From positions 1,590-65,589 of the forward strand of contig CAYUKQ010000002.1 of the NCBI GenBank assembly GCA_964445355.1: a stretch of DNA of 64,000 nucleotides, written 5' to 3'. Position 1 is the first letter of the stretch. Every line of letters begins with the position of its first letter. The notes beneath the pieces were generated by a model. It was given only the letters and a program-made list of their open reading frames with translations. It was not told the DNA's origin and made no database searches. Below, in pieces: positions 9,804 through 20,847 of the stretch. This DNA comes from an uncultured Gammaproteobacteria bacterium. GTDB lineage: Bacteria > Patescibacteriota > Microgenomatia > CAYQLK01. The position numbers and the translations under genes are program-made.

Positions 9804-10894
9804 AAACAATTGCAATTGACATATCACAAGTTATTTATGGCACAGGTGTGTCTAATTTGACTATGGATTTGGTTGATGCAGTTATTAAAAATGACCCAAC
9901 TAATAAATACAAATTGTTTGGTTCAAGCCTAAGAGGTTATTTTAAACTTCGCAAATTTGCATCAAAGTATCCTAAAGCAAAGGCAATAATTCTTCCCTTT
10001 CCAATTTCATTAATCAAGATTATCTTTAATAATCTTAATATTCCCGTAGAGGGTATGTGTCCAGGCATAGACGTATTTCATTGTTCGGATTGGGTTACTC
10101 CGCGTGGAATAAAAACAAAAATATTAGTACCTGTTTACGATCTGACTACAAAAATTCAACCACAAGATCATTTGCAGAGCACAATAAGTTCGCACGATAC
10201 GCGACTTCAGAGGGCAGTCAGATATGCTGATTTTATAATTTTTCTTTCTCGATCGACTAAAGAAGATTTTAAAAGATATTACAAATTTACTTCTCAAAAA
10301 ACTTCAATCATATATCCAAGTACCAATCTGCCACAAATTAAACCAGGCAATATTTCTCAAACATTAAAAAAATACAAAATCATCAAAAAATTTATACTCA
10401 GTGTTTCTACACTTCAACCAAGGAAGAACCTAGAAGGATTGGTTAAGGCCTTTGAAAAATTTAACCAAGAAAAAAAATATCAACTTGTAATCGTTGGTCC
10501 AAAAGGATGGGGAACAATCAATATAAATCAAAGCGAAGATATAATACAAACTGGTTTTATAAGCAACTTAGAGCTGGTTAATTTGTATAGTAAGGCTGAT
10601 GTATTTGTTTACCCCTCATTTTACGAAGGGTTTGGTCTGCCGATAATTGAAGCTATGTCTTTTGGTCTGCCAGTAATTTGTTCTGATACCTCGTCAATGC
10701 CTGAGGCTGGAGGTAAGGCAGCGATATATTTCAATCCTTCCGATATAAATGAGTTAGTAGATCGTCTTATTAAAACTACGAATATGAATGTAAATGAACA
10801 GATCGCAATCAGACATGAGTCCATAGTACAGGCTAAAAAATTTTCATGGGAAAATAGTGCAAAACAATTAATATCAATTTATGAAACACTTTGA
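9800..10894 (+). CDS. GT4-family glycosyltransferase
   Basis: 'EGFGLPIIEAMSFGLPVICSD' E-x7-E motif. Overlaps its neighbor by 4 nt. Confidence 0.75.
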   Translation: MKTIAIDISQVIYGTGVSNLTMDLVDAVIKNDPTNKYKLFGSSLRGYFKLRKFASKYPKAKAIILPFPISLIKIIFNNLNIPVEGMCPGIDVFHCSDWVTPRGIKTKILVPVYDLTTKIQPQDHLQSTISSHDTRLQRAVRYADFIIFLSRSTKEDFKRYYKFTSQKTSIIYPSTNLPQIKPGNISQTLKKYKIIKKFILSVSTLQPRKNLEGLVKAFEKFNQEKKYQLVIVGPKGWGTININQSEDIIQTGFISNLELVNLYSKADVFVYPSFYEGFGLPIIEAMSFGLPVICSDTSSMPEAGGKAAIYFNPSDINELVDRLIKTTNMNVNEQIAIRHESIVQAKKFSWENSAKQLISIYETL

Positions 10895-11987
10895 TTTTTT
10901 AGCAATTGACGGAAACGAAGCAAACGTTTCTAAGCCGGTTGGAAGTAATTATTATGCCCTACAGTCAATTATTAGTTTAACTAAATATTTTCCACAAAAG
11001 AAATTTAGGATACTTCTTAAATCTAGTCCAATGTCCCACATGCCTCAAGCAAATAATATTTCATACGAAATATTTGGCCCGCAAAAGTTTTGGACTCGGT
11101 TCGCCCTACCAATCAGGCTTAAGTTTAAAAGTCCCAAAGTCAAGGTGCTATTTACACCCGGACACTACACTCCAAACATCAACAACCTCAAAAAGATTAT
11201 CGTTATATTTGATTTGGCCTATCTAAAATTTCCAGATCATTTTGCAAAAAAAGATTTAATTCAGCTCAAGAAATGGACTAACATTTCACTAAAAGCATGT
11301 GATGGGATAATTGCTATTTCTCAATCAACCAAAAACGACATAATAACTCATTATCCAGATCTAAAAAAACCAATTAAAGTTATATATCCTGGGTACAATG
11401 AAAAAGTATTTCATCCCATTACCGATCAGTCAATCAAGGCAAAAATCAAAAATAAATATCTACTCCCTGATCATTTCGTTTTATTTGTTGGAACTGTTCA
11501 ACCGAGAAAAAATATTCAAGGTATTATCGCCGCTATGAAGTTAAACAATAAAATTAACCTAGTAGTCGTTGGAAAAAAAGGCTGGCTTTCGGATCCAATA
11601 TTTGAAGATGCACAAAAAATAAAAGATCGGATAATTTTTACAGATTATGTTCCCGAGGGCGATATGCCAGTCATTATGTCTTTATCCGACTGTTTAGTCC
11701 TTCCATCTTTTTATGAAGGGTTTGGTATCCCTGTTGTTGAGGCACTCGCCTGTGGTTGTCCGGTCGTGGTTTCAAAAAATTCAAGTCTTTCTGAGGCAGC
11801 CGGAACAGCCGGAATATTTGTTGATCCATATAATCCAAATGACATCGCCGAAAAAATTGCATTGGTATCAAACGACTTACCACTAAAAAAGAAGTTAATA
11901 AAAAATTCCGCTGAACAAATTAAAAAGTTTTCATGGAAACAAAATGCGAAGGATACTTACGAGTTTATCAATAGTATTGTAGACTAG
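10881..11987 (+). CDS. GT4-family glycosyltransferase
   Basis: 'EGFGIPVVEALACGCPVVVS' motif. Confidence 0.75.
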   Translation: MKHFDFLAIDGNEANVSKPVGSNYYALQSIISLTKYFPQKKFRILLKSSPMSHMPQANNISYEIFGPQKFWTRFALPIRLKFKSPKVKVLFTPGHYTPNINNLKKIIVIFDLAYLKFPDHFAKKDLIQLKKWTNISLKACDGIIAISQSTKNDIITHYPDLKKPIKVIYPGYNEKVFHPITDQSIKAKIKNKYLLPDHFVLFVGTVQPRKNIQGIIAAMKLNNKINLVVVGKKGWLSDPIFEDAQKIKDRIIFTDYVPEGDMPVIMSLSDCLVLPSFYEGFGIPVVEALACGCPVVVSKNSSLSEAAGTAGIFVDPYNPNDIAEKIALVSNDLPLKKKLIKNSAEQIKKFSWKQNAKDTYEFINSIVD

Positions 11988-11992
11988 GGTAT

Positions 11993-12595
11993 ATGATCCA
12001 ACTTAAAGATAAGGACGGAAAGTCACTAACTTCGAGCCAGACAATTTCAAAAATTTTAAAAAGAATACAAAGTTATTTTTTAGATTTTTGGTTGATGGTC
12101 CTTATTTTTACTGGTTATATACCTTCACATTCAATTCGGAATCTTTTTTACAAGATCTCAGGTATCAAAATCGGTAAAAAATCATATATTCACTATGGGG
12201 CCAGATTTTATCTTCCAAAAAATATTATAATCGGTAGAGGTACAATAATTGGTGATCACGCCTTTATTGACGGAAGAGAGAAGGTTCTCATTGGCAACAA
12301 TGTTGATATTGCCTCAGAAGTAAGAATATATAATTCAGAACACGATATTAATAGTATGAACTTTACCGCAATAAATGCGCCTGTTGAAGTTGGTGACTAC
12401 GTGTTCATCGGGCCAAGAGTGACAATATTGCCAGGGGTTAAAATTGGGCAGGGTGCCGTTATTGCTGCAGGATCTGTTGTTGTAAAAGACGTCGAACCAA
12501 GAACACTGGTTGGTGGAATACCGGCCAAATATATAAAAGATCGCGAACTCAAGGAATACACATATAGATTAGGTCGTCCCAAACTATTTCAATAA
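11993..12595 (+). CDS. Hexapeptide-repeat (LbH) acetyltransferase with N-terminal TM segment
   Basis: Repeated [LIV]G hexapeptides ('IGRGTIIGDHAFIDG...IGNNVDIASEVRIY...IGPRVTILPGVKIGQGAVIAAGSVV'), typical of WbbJ/WcaF-like sugar O-acetyltransferases. Confidence 0.7.
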   Translation: MIQLKDKDGKSLTSSQTISKILKRIQSYFLDFWLMVLIFTGYIPSHSIRNLFYKISGIKIGKKSYIHYGARFYLPKNIIIGRGTIIGDHAFIDGREKVLIGNNVDIASEVRIYNSEHDINSMNFTAINAPVEVGDYVFIGPRVTILPGVKIGQGAVIAAGSVVVKDVEPRTLVGGIPAKYIKDRELKEYTYRLGRPKLFQ

Positions 12596-12602
12596 ATTAA
12601 GT

Positions 12603-13517
12603 ATGATCGACTTTAGTTTTGTCATAGTAAATTTTCGTACACCTAAACTAACTGTCGAGGCGGTCAAATCTATTATTTCACACGAAAGAAAAACAAAATA
12701 CGAAATCATTGTCGTTGAAAATAATTCCGGCGATAATAGTGTTTCTTATTTATCCAGATATCTGCCAAAATCAGTTAAATTGATCATATCGAATGAAAAT
12801 ATAGGATTCGGAAATGCGAATAATCTTGGTCTCACCAAGGCAAAGGGCCGATTCTTTGTCATATTTAACTCAGATGCCTACGAAGTTGAAGAAATTTTAC
12901 CAAAAATAAAAAAAACCTTTGACATAAATAAAAAAATTTCAATCCTTGGAACAAAAATTTTATATCCTAATTATGAGTTGCAACAATCACACGGCAGTTT
13001 ACCAGGAGTAATGTCTATCTTTGCATGGATGCTGTTTCTTGATGATATTCCGATATTAAAATTTTTTCTGCCATCAATACACAAAAGATCAAAATTCTTC
13101 TATAGAAAAACCCAAAAAACCGGTTGGGTAACTGGAGCGATGATGGTTTTTAAGCGTAGTGCGTATCGCAAACTTAACGGATTTAATCCTGAAATATTTC
13201 TTTATTCAGAGGATATCGATATTTGTTTACGCGCGAAAAAACAAAAACTTTTAACATATTTTTATTCCGACGTGCAGGTAATACATATTGGACATCAGAG
13301 CTCGGGCGGATTACCAGCCAGCGCCTTAATAGGTGAGATTTCCGGTTTAATTTATCTCTCCAAAAAGTATTTTAATCCCCTAAAATATTTAATAATTAAG
13401 TTGTTATTAACGCTCGGCTCATTGCTTAGGCTGACAATCTTTGGGATAATCCTAAAACGCGGTAGTGCTAAAGATATATACACAAAAATACTTACAAATA
13501 TTTGGCAAAAAAAATAA
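12603..13517 (+). CDS. GT2-family glycosyltransferase with C-terminal TM tail
   Basis: 'FSFVIVNFRTPKLT...VVENNSGDNS' GT2 N-terminus, with a hydrophobic C-terminus. Confidence 0.7.
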   Translation: MIDFSFVIVNFRTPKLTVEAVKSIISHERKTKYEIIVVENNSGDNSVSYLSRYLPKSVKLIISNENIGFGNANNLGLTKAKGRFFVIFNSDAYEVEEILPKIKKTFDINKKISILGTKILYPNYELQQSHGSLPGVMSIFAWMLFLDDIPILKFFLPSIHKRSKFFYRKTQKTGWVTGAMMVFKRSAYRKLNGFNPEIFLYSEDIDICLRAKKQKLLTYFYSDVQVIHIGHQSSGGLPASALIGEISGLIYLSKKYFNPLKYLIIKLLLTLGSLLRLTIFGIILKRGSAKDIYTKILTNIWQKK

Positions 13518-15098
13518 GTGAAAAAGATATTAACCTCGCTCGATAATCGTTTGCTTGAATTTTTAGCAATTTTTTTAATTGTTTTTATACCCATATATCC
13601 AAAGTTCCCATTATTTGATTTAATCCCTGGATACATTGTTCGCGCGCGATTAGAAGATATTCTGATACTACTTGCCTTCTTTACTTTTTGCATTTATCTG
13701 ATTCGAGGTAAAGTCAGCTTAAAGAGTAATCCTTTGACCTGGCCAATAGTTATTTATGCGGTAGTTGGATTGTTATCTTGTTTATCGGCAATATTTATCA
13801 CACAATCCGTTCCTTTAGAGGCTAACCATATTGGTAAGATGTTTTTACATTATTTCAGAAGGCTTGAGTATTTTTCACTATTTTTTATAGTTTTTTCCTC
13901 GGTTAAAACTTTGCCTCAGGTTAAACGATATATATATGCGATTTTTATCGTTATGTTGGTTGTATCGATTTACGGTTTTGCACAGAAGTATATGTATTTC
14001 CCAGCCTTTTCGACCATGAATCGTGAATTTTCAAAAGGGTGGGCACTGTACCTTACTGAACACGCCAGAGTTCTTTCAACATTCGGAGGGCATTACGATC
14101 TGGCAGCTTATTTGATGATGACCCTGACGCTTTTACTTGGTTTAATCTTAACAATCAAAGCCAGATTAATAAAAATTGGTTTGGTTCTTCTGTATGCTTT
14201 TAGTTTTTGGATATTGATTCTAACTGCTTCCAGAATCTCCTTTTTAGCATATCTCGGATCAATAAGTCTTTGTATCGCAGGTGTTTATTATTGGGACAAA
14301 AAGTTGCCCAAGGCAATTATAAGTTTTGCTGTTGTAATGTCACTCTCTCTGATAGTAATGATCTCATTTGGGGATTTATCTTCAAGATTTAGTGGTTTGA
14401 TTAAAAATGAGCAGCTTAATTCAATAATTGAGAAAGCAAAAAATCCATTTACATCAAAACCTACTCAAAAAGCTCAATTTTTGGAGAACAACCCAGAAAG
14501 CCCATTGGCGGTCTCTGACCAGCAGCCAACACCCACAAAACCTAGTGATGTAATTAATGATCAGCCAATTTATGTTGTCGCTACGAACGCTGCTGGGGAA
14601 TCAACGCTTACTGCGGTGCCACGGCAATATTCAGAGAACGCCCTTAAATATGATCTATCAACTGCTATTCGGCTAGATAAACTTTGGCCACAAGCAATCA
14701 ATGGATTTAAAGCTAACCCAATTTTTGGTTCAGGTTACTCAACCTTAACCAAATCATCAAAATATGAATTTACCGAAGCAGAATCTACAGATAATGATTA
14801 TCTTCGCGCATTAGGTGAAACAGGACTGGCTGGTTTTGCTGCATTTTTTGGAATTCTTGGTTACGTCCTGTTTGTAAGTATTCGAGCTCTAAAAAAAACA
14901 AGCGATCCGATTTTGGCTGGTACATTGATAGGTATCAGCTGCGCTGTATTAGGGTTAATGGCTAACGCTCTTTATATTGACATCTTTGAAGCATCCAAGG
15001 TTGCATTTACATTATGGGCAATGGTAGCGATATTGATTGCTACCGTTCAATTGATTGAACGTCACCATATTGCGACTAAAAAACCAAAAGATAAGTAA
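13518..15098 (+). CDS. O-antigen ligase / Wzy-type polymerase-like membrane protein
   Basis: GTG start. Ten or more TM helices, a large periplasmic loop, and the Wzy_C-type motif 'TDNDYLRALGETGLAGFAAFFGIL'. Confidence 0.65.
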   Translation: MKKILTSLDNRLLEFLAIFLIVFIPIYPKFPLFDLIPGYIVRARLEDILILLAFFTFCIYLIRGKVSLKSNPLTWPIVIYAVVGLLSCLSAIFITQSVPLEANHIGKMFLHYFRRLEYFSLFFIVFSSVKTLPQVKRYIYAIFIVMLVVSIYGFAQKYMYFPAFSTMNREFSKGWALYLTEHARVLSTFGGHYDLAAYLMMTLTLLLGLILTIKARLIKIGLVLLYAFSFWILILTASRISFLAYLGSISLCIAGVYYWDKKLPKAIISFAVVMSLSLIVMISFGDLSSRFSGLIKNEQLNSIIEKAKNPFTSKPTQKAQFLENNPESPLAVSDQQPTPTKPSDVINDQPIYVVATNAAGESTLTAVPRQYSENALKYDLSTAIRLDKLWPQAINGFKANPIFGSGYSTLTKSSKYEFTEAESTDNDYLRALGETGLAGFAAFFGILGYVLFVSIRALKKTSDPILAGTLIGISCAVLGLMANALYIDIFEASKVAFTLWAMVAILIATVQLIERHHIATKKPKDK

Positions 15099-15099
15099 A

Positions 15100-16533
15100 A
15101 TGACATCAAGTTTAACTAAAAGACTGTTACCATTGACTTTAGTTGTCATTATTTTTTTTATTACACTTATACCCAGGATTTATAAAATCGATAATTCAAT
15201 TACAGACTGGCACTCTTTTAGGCAGGCCGATACAGCGATGGTTGCTCGAAATTTTTCACAGGAGGGAATTGATTTGCTTCACCCTCGAACCGATAATATT
15301 TTAGCGATATCTGACTCAAAAATACCCAACCCCAAAGGATATACTTTCTTGGAGTTTCCAATTTATACATTAATTGTAGGATATATTTGGCAATTTACCG
15401 GCCCCCTAGAGTGGATTGGAAGGTTGGTATCTGCGATTTTTGCCTCTTTATCCAGCATATTTATCTTTTTGATTGTCAAAAAGTTTTCCTCTACAAGAAT
15501 CGCATTCATATCATCTCTCGTCTTTGCACTTACACCTTATAGTATCTATTACGGGAGAGTAATTATGCCCAACTCAACAATGATTTGTCTTGGTCTAATT
15601 TCAATCTGGTTATTTAGTAAATATTATTTCGAAAATTCTAAAATAAGCCTATTGCTCTCAGGTTTACTTTTTGCTCTATCTAGTCTGAGCTATCCATACG
15701 TAATTTTTTGGATTATTCCAATGATTTACTTAGCCATAATCAAAGATGGACTTTTCTATTATTCGATCCGATATTATATTTTTTTTCTCGTAAGTTTTTT
15801 GCCGTTATTTTTATGGCGAGCTTGGGGGGCAAATTTTCCAGAGGCCCAAATTGGATCCAATTGGTATTTCAATTATGGAGATATTAGATTTACTGGGGCA
15901 TTTTTTAGGTGGCTCATTTTTGAAAGATTATCTAAGTTAATTCTTGGTACAGGTGGATTTGTACTAATGTTTGTTGGGTTATTATCACCCAGAAAACACA
16001 AAGAAAATTATTTTTATTTTATTTGGCTGCTTTCAATGATTTTATATTTCATTATATTTGCTTCATCCAATGTTCGTCATGATTATTATCAATATATCTA
16101 TATGCCCGTATTGTCCATATATGTAGCTCTCGGTATAAATTTTATATTTAATAGCGGTCGATCTTTAGTCGAGCGAGGAATTAGTATTGGTATCGCGGCA
16201 ATCTTGATATTTATGAGCATAGCATTTGGTTATTATGAGGTTAAGGGTTATTATTCAACAAACTCCGATATTGTCGAAGCTGGGAAAAAAGCTGATGAGC
16301 TTTTAGACCCCCAAGCACGCGTTATTGCACCTTTGTCTGGAGATCTTTCATTGCTATATTATGTTAATCGTCCCGGCTGGGCTGAATTTTATGAGGAAAT
16401 TTCTGAATTCAAAAATCAGGGCGCGACCGCAATCGTTTCTCTTAAGTTCGATGAAGGCATAGAAAGATTAGCCAGAGAGAATAATGTTTTATATCGTACA
16501 AACAAGTTTATAATTATTTCACTGAATAAATGA
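15100..16533 (+). CDS. GT-C glycosyltransferase, PMT_2/ArnT-like
   Basis: 'HSFRQADTAMVARNF' loop motif and ArnT-like TM topology. The start was chosen at ATG 15100 (MTSSLTK), directly after the upstream stop. Confidence 0.65.
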   Translation: MTSSLTKRLLPLTLVVIIFFITLIPRIYKIDNSITDWHSFRQADTAMVARNFSQEGIDLLHPRTDNILAISDSKIPNPKGYTFLEFPIYTLIVGYIWQFTGPLEWIGRLVSAIFASLSSIFIFLIVKKFSSTRIAFISSLVFALTPYSIYYGRVIMPNSTMICLGLISIWLFSKYYFENSKISLLLSGLLFALSSLSYPYVIFWIIPMIYLAIIKDGLFYYSIRYYIFFLVSFLPLFLWRAWGANFPEAQIGSNWYFNYGDIRFTGAFFRWLIFERLSKLILGTGGFVLMFVGLLSPRKHKENYFYFIWLLSMILYFIIFASSNVRHDYYQYIYMPVLSIYVALGINFIFNSGRSLVERGISIGIAAILIFMSIAFGYYEVKGYYSTNSDIVEAGKKADELLDPQARVIAPLSGDLSLLYYVNRPGWAEFYEEISEFKNQGATAIVSLKFDEGIERLARENNVLYRTNKFIIISLNK

Positions 16534-17768
16534 AAGTATTATTAATTTCACCATATATTCCATACCCCCCAATCACTGGAGGGAAAGTAAGGGTTTATAA
16601 CTTTTTGAGAAAACTTAGCGAAAAACACGAAATAGTATTGATCTGTTTATTAAAAAATACGGACGAGTTTGAAGACGTCAAGGTGTTAGAAAAACAAGGT
16701 TTCAAAATATACCCTGTATTGCGTCGTAAAGCCTGGTCAATTCAAAATTTAGTTAGAACTTTATTTACCAAATACTCATTTTTAACAGTTGTTAATAATT
16801 TTTCTGCCGAAACTGAAAATTTAATTCTTGAGGTTATAAAAAAAGAAAAGCCAGACTTGATACACTTAGAGACATTTTATATGGCTCAAAGTTTACTTGC
16901 GGTCAGGGACAAGATAAAAATACCGATACTACTCGCGAAGGTCGATGTTGAAGCACAGGTTTATTTTAGAAATGCTCAACAAAAGAAAAACCCAATACTT
17001 AAATTAATGGGGTATATCGATGCAAGAAAAATGTTGAGTTATGAGGTTCAGGTCTGTAAGTATTTTGACAAAGTAACTTTTGCCAGCGAAGTGGATCGTA
17101 CCCTTCTAACCTCCTATCTTAAGAAGCGTAAAATCAATGTATCAACCGACTTGATACCCAATGGGGTAGATACAAAGCATTACGTGCCGACAAAAACTAA
17201 AAAATACTCAAAACCTACGGTTGTTTTTCTTGGAAACTTTCGCTATTTTGCCAATACTGACGCAGCATTTTATTTTGTAAGAAATATCTGGCCAATTATT
17301 ACCTCTAAAATAGATGCTCACCTTTACATTGTTGGACCTCTTTTGCCGAAAGGAATTCAACGTTTGCTTAGTAATGATGTAGCCAAGCTAAACACCGAAA
17401 ACATTACTGTTACAGGGTTTGTTGAAGAGGATGTTAAAAAAAGTATTTTATCCAAATCTTGGATTTCGGTAGCTCCGATTCGAATTGGGTCCGGCACTAA
17501 GCTAAAAATTCTTGAATCTATGGCAATTGGTACTCCGGTTATTGCTACACCGGTTGGAATTGAGGGGATTGATGCTATTGATAATAGTAGTGTGATGATC
17601 GGAGAATCACCTCAGCAAGTGGCTAACAAAATAATCAAACTACTTAAAGATCAACAATTAAGAAGAAAAATTTCAAAAAATGCACGCAAGCTTGTCGAGG
17701 ATGTTTATGAATGGGACGTTATTTGCTCTAGACTAGATCAAATATACCGCGACTTAACAAAAAAATAA
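16530..17768 (+). CDS. GT4-family glycosyltransferase
   Basis: GT-B fold, 'MKVLLISPYIPYPPITGG' N-terminus, C-terminal 'ESMAIGTPVIATPVG'. Confidence 0.75.
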   Translation: MKVLLISPYIPYPPITGGKVRVYNFLRKLSEKHEIVLICLLKNTDEFEDVKVLEKQGFKIYPVLRRKAWSIQNLVRTLFTKYSFLTVVNNFSAETENLILEVIKKEKPDLIHLETFYMAQSLLAVRDKIKIPILLAKVDVEAQVYFRNAQQKKNPILKLMGYIDARKMLSYEVQVCKYFDKVTFASEVDRTLLTSYLKKRKINVSTDLIPNGVDTKHYVPTKTKKYSKPTVVFLGNFRYFANTDAAFYFVRNIWPIITSKIDAHLYIVGPLLPKGIQRLLSNDVAKLNTENITVTGFVEEDVKKSILSKSWISVAPIRIGSGTKLKILESMAIGTPVIATPVGIEGIDAIDNSSVMIGESPQQVANKIIKLLKDQQLRRKISKNARKLVEDVYEWDVICSRLDQIYRDLTKK

Positions 17769-17769
17769 T

Positions 17770-18684
17770 ATGCAGACAAAGCCAACAGTTGATGTAATTA
17801 TTGTTAATTATAATGCTGGTACTTATTTAAAATCCTGCATTTTAAGTCTAAAAACTTGTTTGAAAAACAACTTCAAACTTAATTGCATAATAGTCGATAA
17901 TGCTTCAATCGACGACAGTATTAGCCAAGTACAGGCAGTGAAACTACCCTGGCTAAAAATAATTAAGAATTCGCAGAATGTTGGTTTTGCTGCCGGGTGC
18001 AATATTGGTATAAAACGATCTAAAGGAAGTTATGTTCTGCTACTAAACCCTGATACAAAAGTATCAAAAGACTCAATTAGTAAAATGGTTGATTTTCTAA
18101 AAATTCATCCAAAAGCTGGAATTGTTTCTGCAAAATTAGTTCTTTCTGATGGGAAAATTGACCCCGCTTCACACAGGGGGTTTCCAACTCCATGGGCATC
18201 ATTTACCTATTTCACCGGCCTGGAAAAATTTTTTCCTAAAAATCCAAAATTTAGTCAGTACCACCAGTGGTATAAGCCACTGGATAAGGTGCACGAAATA
18301 GATTCACCTTCCGGCGCATTCATGTTAATCAAAAAAGAAGTGTTCAACAAAATTGGTTTACTTGACGAAGATTTTTTTATGTACGCAGAAGATATTGATT
18401 TTTCATATCGAACTAAGCAGTCAGGTTTTCAAATCTTTTATAATCCGTCCTCGACAGTTTTACACACCAAAGGAATATCTTCTGGAATTAAAAAGCATTC
18501 TGAAAAAAAGTCAAAAGCAAGTGTTGAAACTAGAATTAGAACAACCAGACATTTTTATGAAACTATGAAGATATTTTATTTAAAACATTATTCCAATAAG
18601 TATCCTCATTTATTAAAAAATTTAGTCTTTATTTTTATCGATTTAAAAAAAACCATAAAAATAATTCGTTTAAAATATTTATAG
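17770..18684 (+). CDS. GT2-family glycosyltransferase
   Basis: 'VDVIIVNYNAGTYLKSCI...VDNASIDDS' motif set. Confidence 0.7.
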   Translation: MQTKPTVDVIIVNYNAGTYLKSCILSLKTCLKNNFKLNCIIVDNASIDDSISQVQAVKLPWLKIIKNSQNVGFAAGCNIGIKRSKGSYVLLLNPDTKVSKDSISKMVDFLKIHPKAGIVSAKLVLSDGKIDPASHRGFPTPWASFTYFTGLEKFFPKNPKFSQYHQWYKPLDKVHEIDSPSGAFMLIKKEVFNKIGLLDEDFFMYAEDIDFSYRTKQSGFQIFYNPSSTVLHTKGISSGIKKHSEKKSKASVETRIRTTRHFYETMKIFYLKHYSNKYPHLLKNLVFIFIDLKKTIKIIRLKYL

Positions 18685-18686
18685 AT

Positions 18687-19790
18687 ATGCGTATTTTTAT
18701 AGATGCGCGATTGTATGGCTCGGGCCATACAGGAATAGGGCGTTATAGTCAAAATTTAATTGACAATTTAATTGACATCAATAAAATTCACGACTTAATA
18801 TTATTGACGCATCAAAATGCATCAATCTCTTCTAAATCTAATTTGACGGTTATTAAAACATCAATCGGTCATTATGGATTTTCTGAACAGTTTAAACTAC
18901 TTAAACTAATCTCTTCTCACAACCCCGACCTTGTTCATTTTACGCATTTTAATCATCCGGTTCTTTACAATAAGCCATTTGTGGTCACAATTCATGACTT
19001 GATCAAGTCCGATTATAAAGACTACTCCTCATCAACCAGAACAAAAACCTATTACGAGATCAAACATTTTTTTTACCAAAAGGTAATTAAACATGCGGTA
19101 TTTAAATCACGCGCAATAATTACCCCATCAAACTTTTCTAAAACACGAATAATTTCTCATTTTCCAAACGTTGATAAAAAAAAGATAAACGTAATATATG
19201 AAGGTGTTGATGAATTTAAACAAATTAGTACAAAAAAAATACTCGATCAAAATAATTACTCAAAATATGGAAATTACTGCTTATACGTAGGTAATAGTTA
19301 TCCCTACAAAAATCTTAAGCTTGTTATTGAAGCAATAAAGCAAATTCCTCAACTCAATTTAGTTGTAGTCAGTAAGTCAAGCAAAGATCTCGATCTGATA
19401 AAAGCAAATACACAGCACAATAATCAATTTATTTTTCTTGAAAACGTTACGGATGCGGAACTTTCCTCGCTATATAAATATTCAAAATTTTTTATCTTTC
19501 CCTCAAAATCCGAAGGATTTGGTATCCCAGGGTTAGAAGCAATGGCCATGAGTACGCCGGTCATTTCGTCAAACGCCGGACCAATGCCTGAAATATATGG
19601 GTCTGCAGCTTTATATTTCGACCCTGATAATGTGGATGACTTAACTAAGGTAGTAAACAATTTATTACTAAACTATCAATCAGAATATATTCGACTGACT
19701 AGGCTTGGGAAATCGCAAATAAAGAAATATTCATGGTTAAGAATGGCTAAAGACACCCTTAAAATATATGAAAATTGCCTTAGTCTTTGA
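18687..19790 (+). CDS. GT4-family glycosyltransferase
   Basis: 'MRIFIDARLYGSGHTGIGRY' N-terminus and 'EGFGIPGLEAMAMSTPVISS' motif. Confidence 0.75.
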   Translation: MRIFIDARLYGSGHTGIGRYSQNLIDNLIDINKIHDLILLTHQNASISSKSNLTVIKTSIGHYGFSEQFKLLKLISSHNPDLVHFTHFNHPVLYNKPFVVTIHDLIKSDYKDYSSSTRTKTYYEIKHFFYQKVIKHAVFKSRAIITPSNFSKTRIISHFPNVDKKKINVIYEGVDEFKQISTKKILDQNNYSKYGNYCLYVGNSYPYKNLKLVIEAIKQIPQLNLVVVSKSSKDLDLIKANTQHNNQFIFLENVTDAELSSLYKYSKFFIFPSKSEGFGIPGLEAMAMSTPVISSNAGPMPEIYGSAALYFDPDNVDDLTKVVNNLLLNYQSEYIRLTRLGKSQIKKYSWLRMAKDTLKIYENCLSL

Positions 19791-20847
19791 TCCAATTACT
19801 CAAAACGGTGGAGCTGAAAAACTGTTGTGGTCCCTGGCTGATAGCTTGCCCATCGGTTCAGTTTTTACGGCCGTCGCCAATCCAGAAATTGTCCCAAAAA
19901 AATTATTACCAAGGATAATAACCTCTTGGATTCAAAATCTTCCGCTTGCCTACAAAAATCCTAAACCATACTTACCGTTTTTTCCATTAGCATACGAATC
20001 GTTTGATTTTAGTGATTTTGACTGTGTTATTTCGATTACGACTTTATTCGCGAAGGCTGTAATTACTCAGCCACACACACTTCATATTGGATATATCAAC
20101 TCCCCTCCGAGATTCCTATACTCCAAAAAAAACTTAGAGAAATACATCAACTCTCAATCTTTTGGATTAGCTCTTAATCCATTTTTTAACTGGTTAAAAA
20201 AATATGATCAAATCGCAACTAGACGTCCAGACATCTTAATAGCAAATTCCCATAACATTCAGCGTAAAATCCGCGACATTTATCATCTCGACAGTCAAGT
20301 AGTTTACCCGTTTGCTGATGATTTTTATTTTTCCTATGGATCAAAAACAGATCGATTAGATAATTTTGTGCTGGTTTCTAGACTTGAAAGATGGAAAAAC
20401 ATTGACTATGTCATCGAGGCTTTTAACCATCTGCCAGGAAAAAAATTAATTGTTGTCGGGGTTGGCAGTGATGGTAATCGTCTAAGGAAAAAAGCTGCTT
20501 CAAATATTTCCTTCACAGGCTGGATTGATTCTGCTTCTGTGGCCAAAATTGTTTCTAGTTCACAGGCCTTGATAATGCCACAGAATGAAGACTTCGGAAT
20601 TACATCAATCGAAGCACAAGCACTCCGAACGCCGGTGATCGCATTTGGTCAAGGTGGGGCAGTTGAAACGGTGATAAACAACCAGACAGGTATACTTTTT
20701 CCATCGCAAACCGTTGATTCGCTTACCCAAGCAGTTAACTCATTTACTCAAAAGAATTTCAGCGCTGACAAACTTTATCAAAATGCGCTAAAATACCGCG
20801 AGAAAGACTTTATTCAAAATATTTCAAAAATTATCTATGGGAAGTGA
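19768..20847 (+). CDS. GT4-family glycosyltransferase
   Basis: 'MKIALVFDPITQNGGAEKLL' GT4 N-terminus. Overlaps its neighbor by 23 nt. Confidence 0.7.
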   Translation: MKIALVFDPITQNGGAEKLLWSLADSLPIGSVFTAVANPEIVPKKLLPRIITSWIQNLPLAYKNPKPYLPFFPLAYESFDFSDFDCVISITTLFAKAVITQPHTLHIGYINSPPRFLYSKKNLEKYINSQSFGLALNPFFNWLKKYDQIATRRPDILIANSHNIQRKIRDIYHLDSQVVYPFADDFYFSYGSKTDRLDNFVLVSRLERWKNIDYVIEAFNHLPGKKLIVVGVGSDGNRLRKKAASNISFTGWIDSASVAKIVSSSQALIMPQNEDFGITSIEAQALRTPVIAFGQGGAVETVINNQTGILFPSQTVDSLTQAVNSFTQKNFSADKLYQNALKYREKDFIQNISKIIYGK

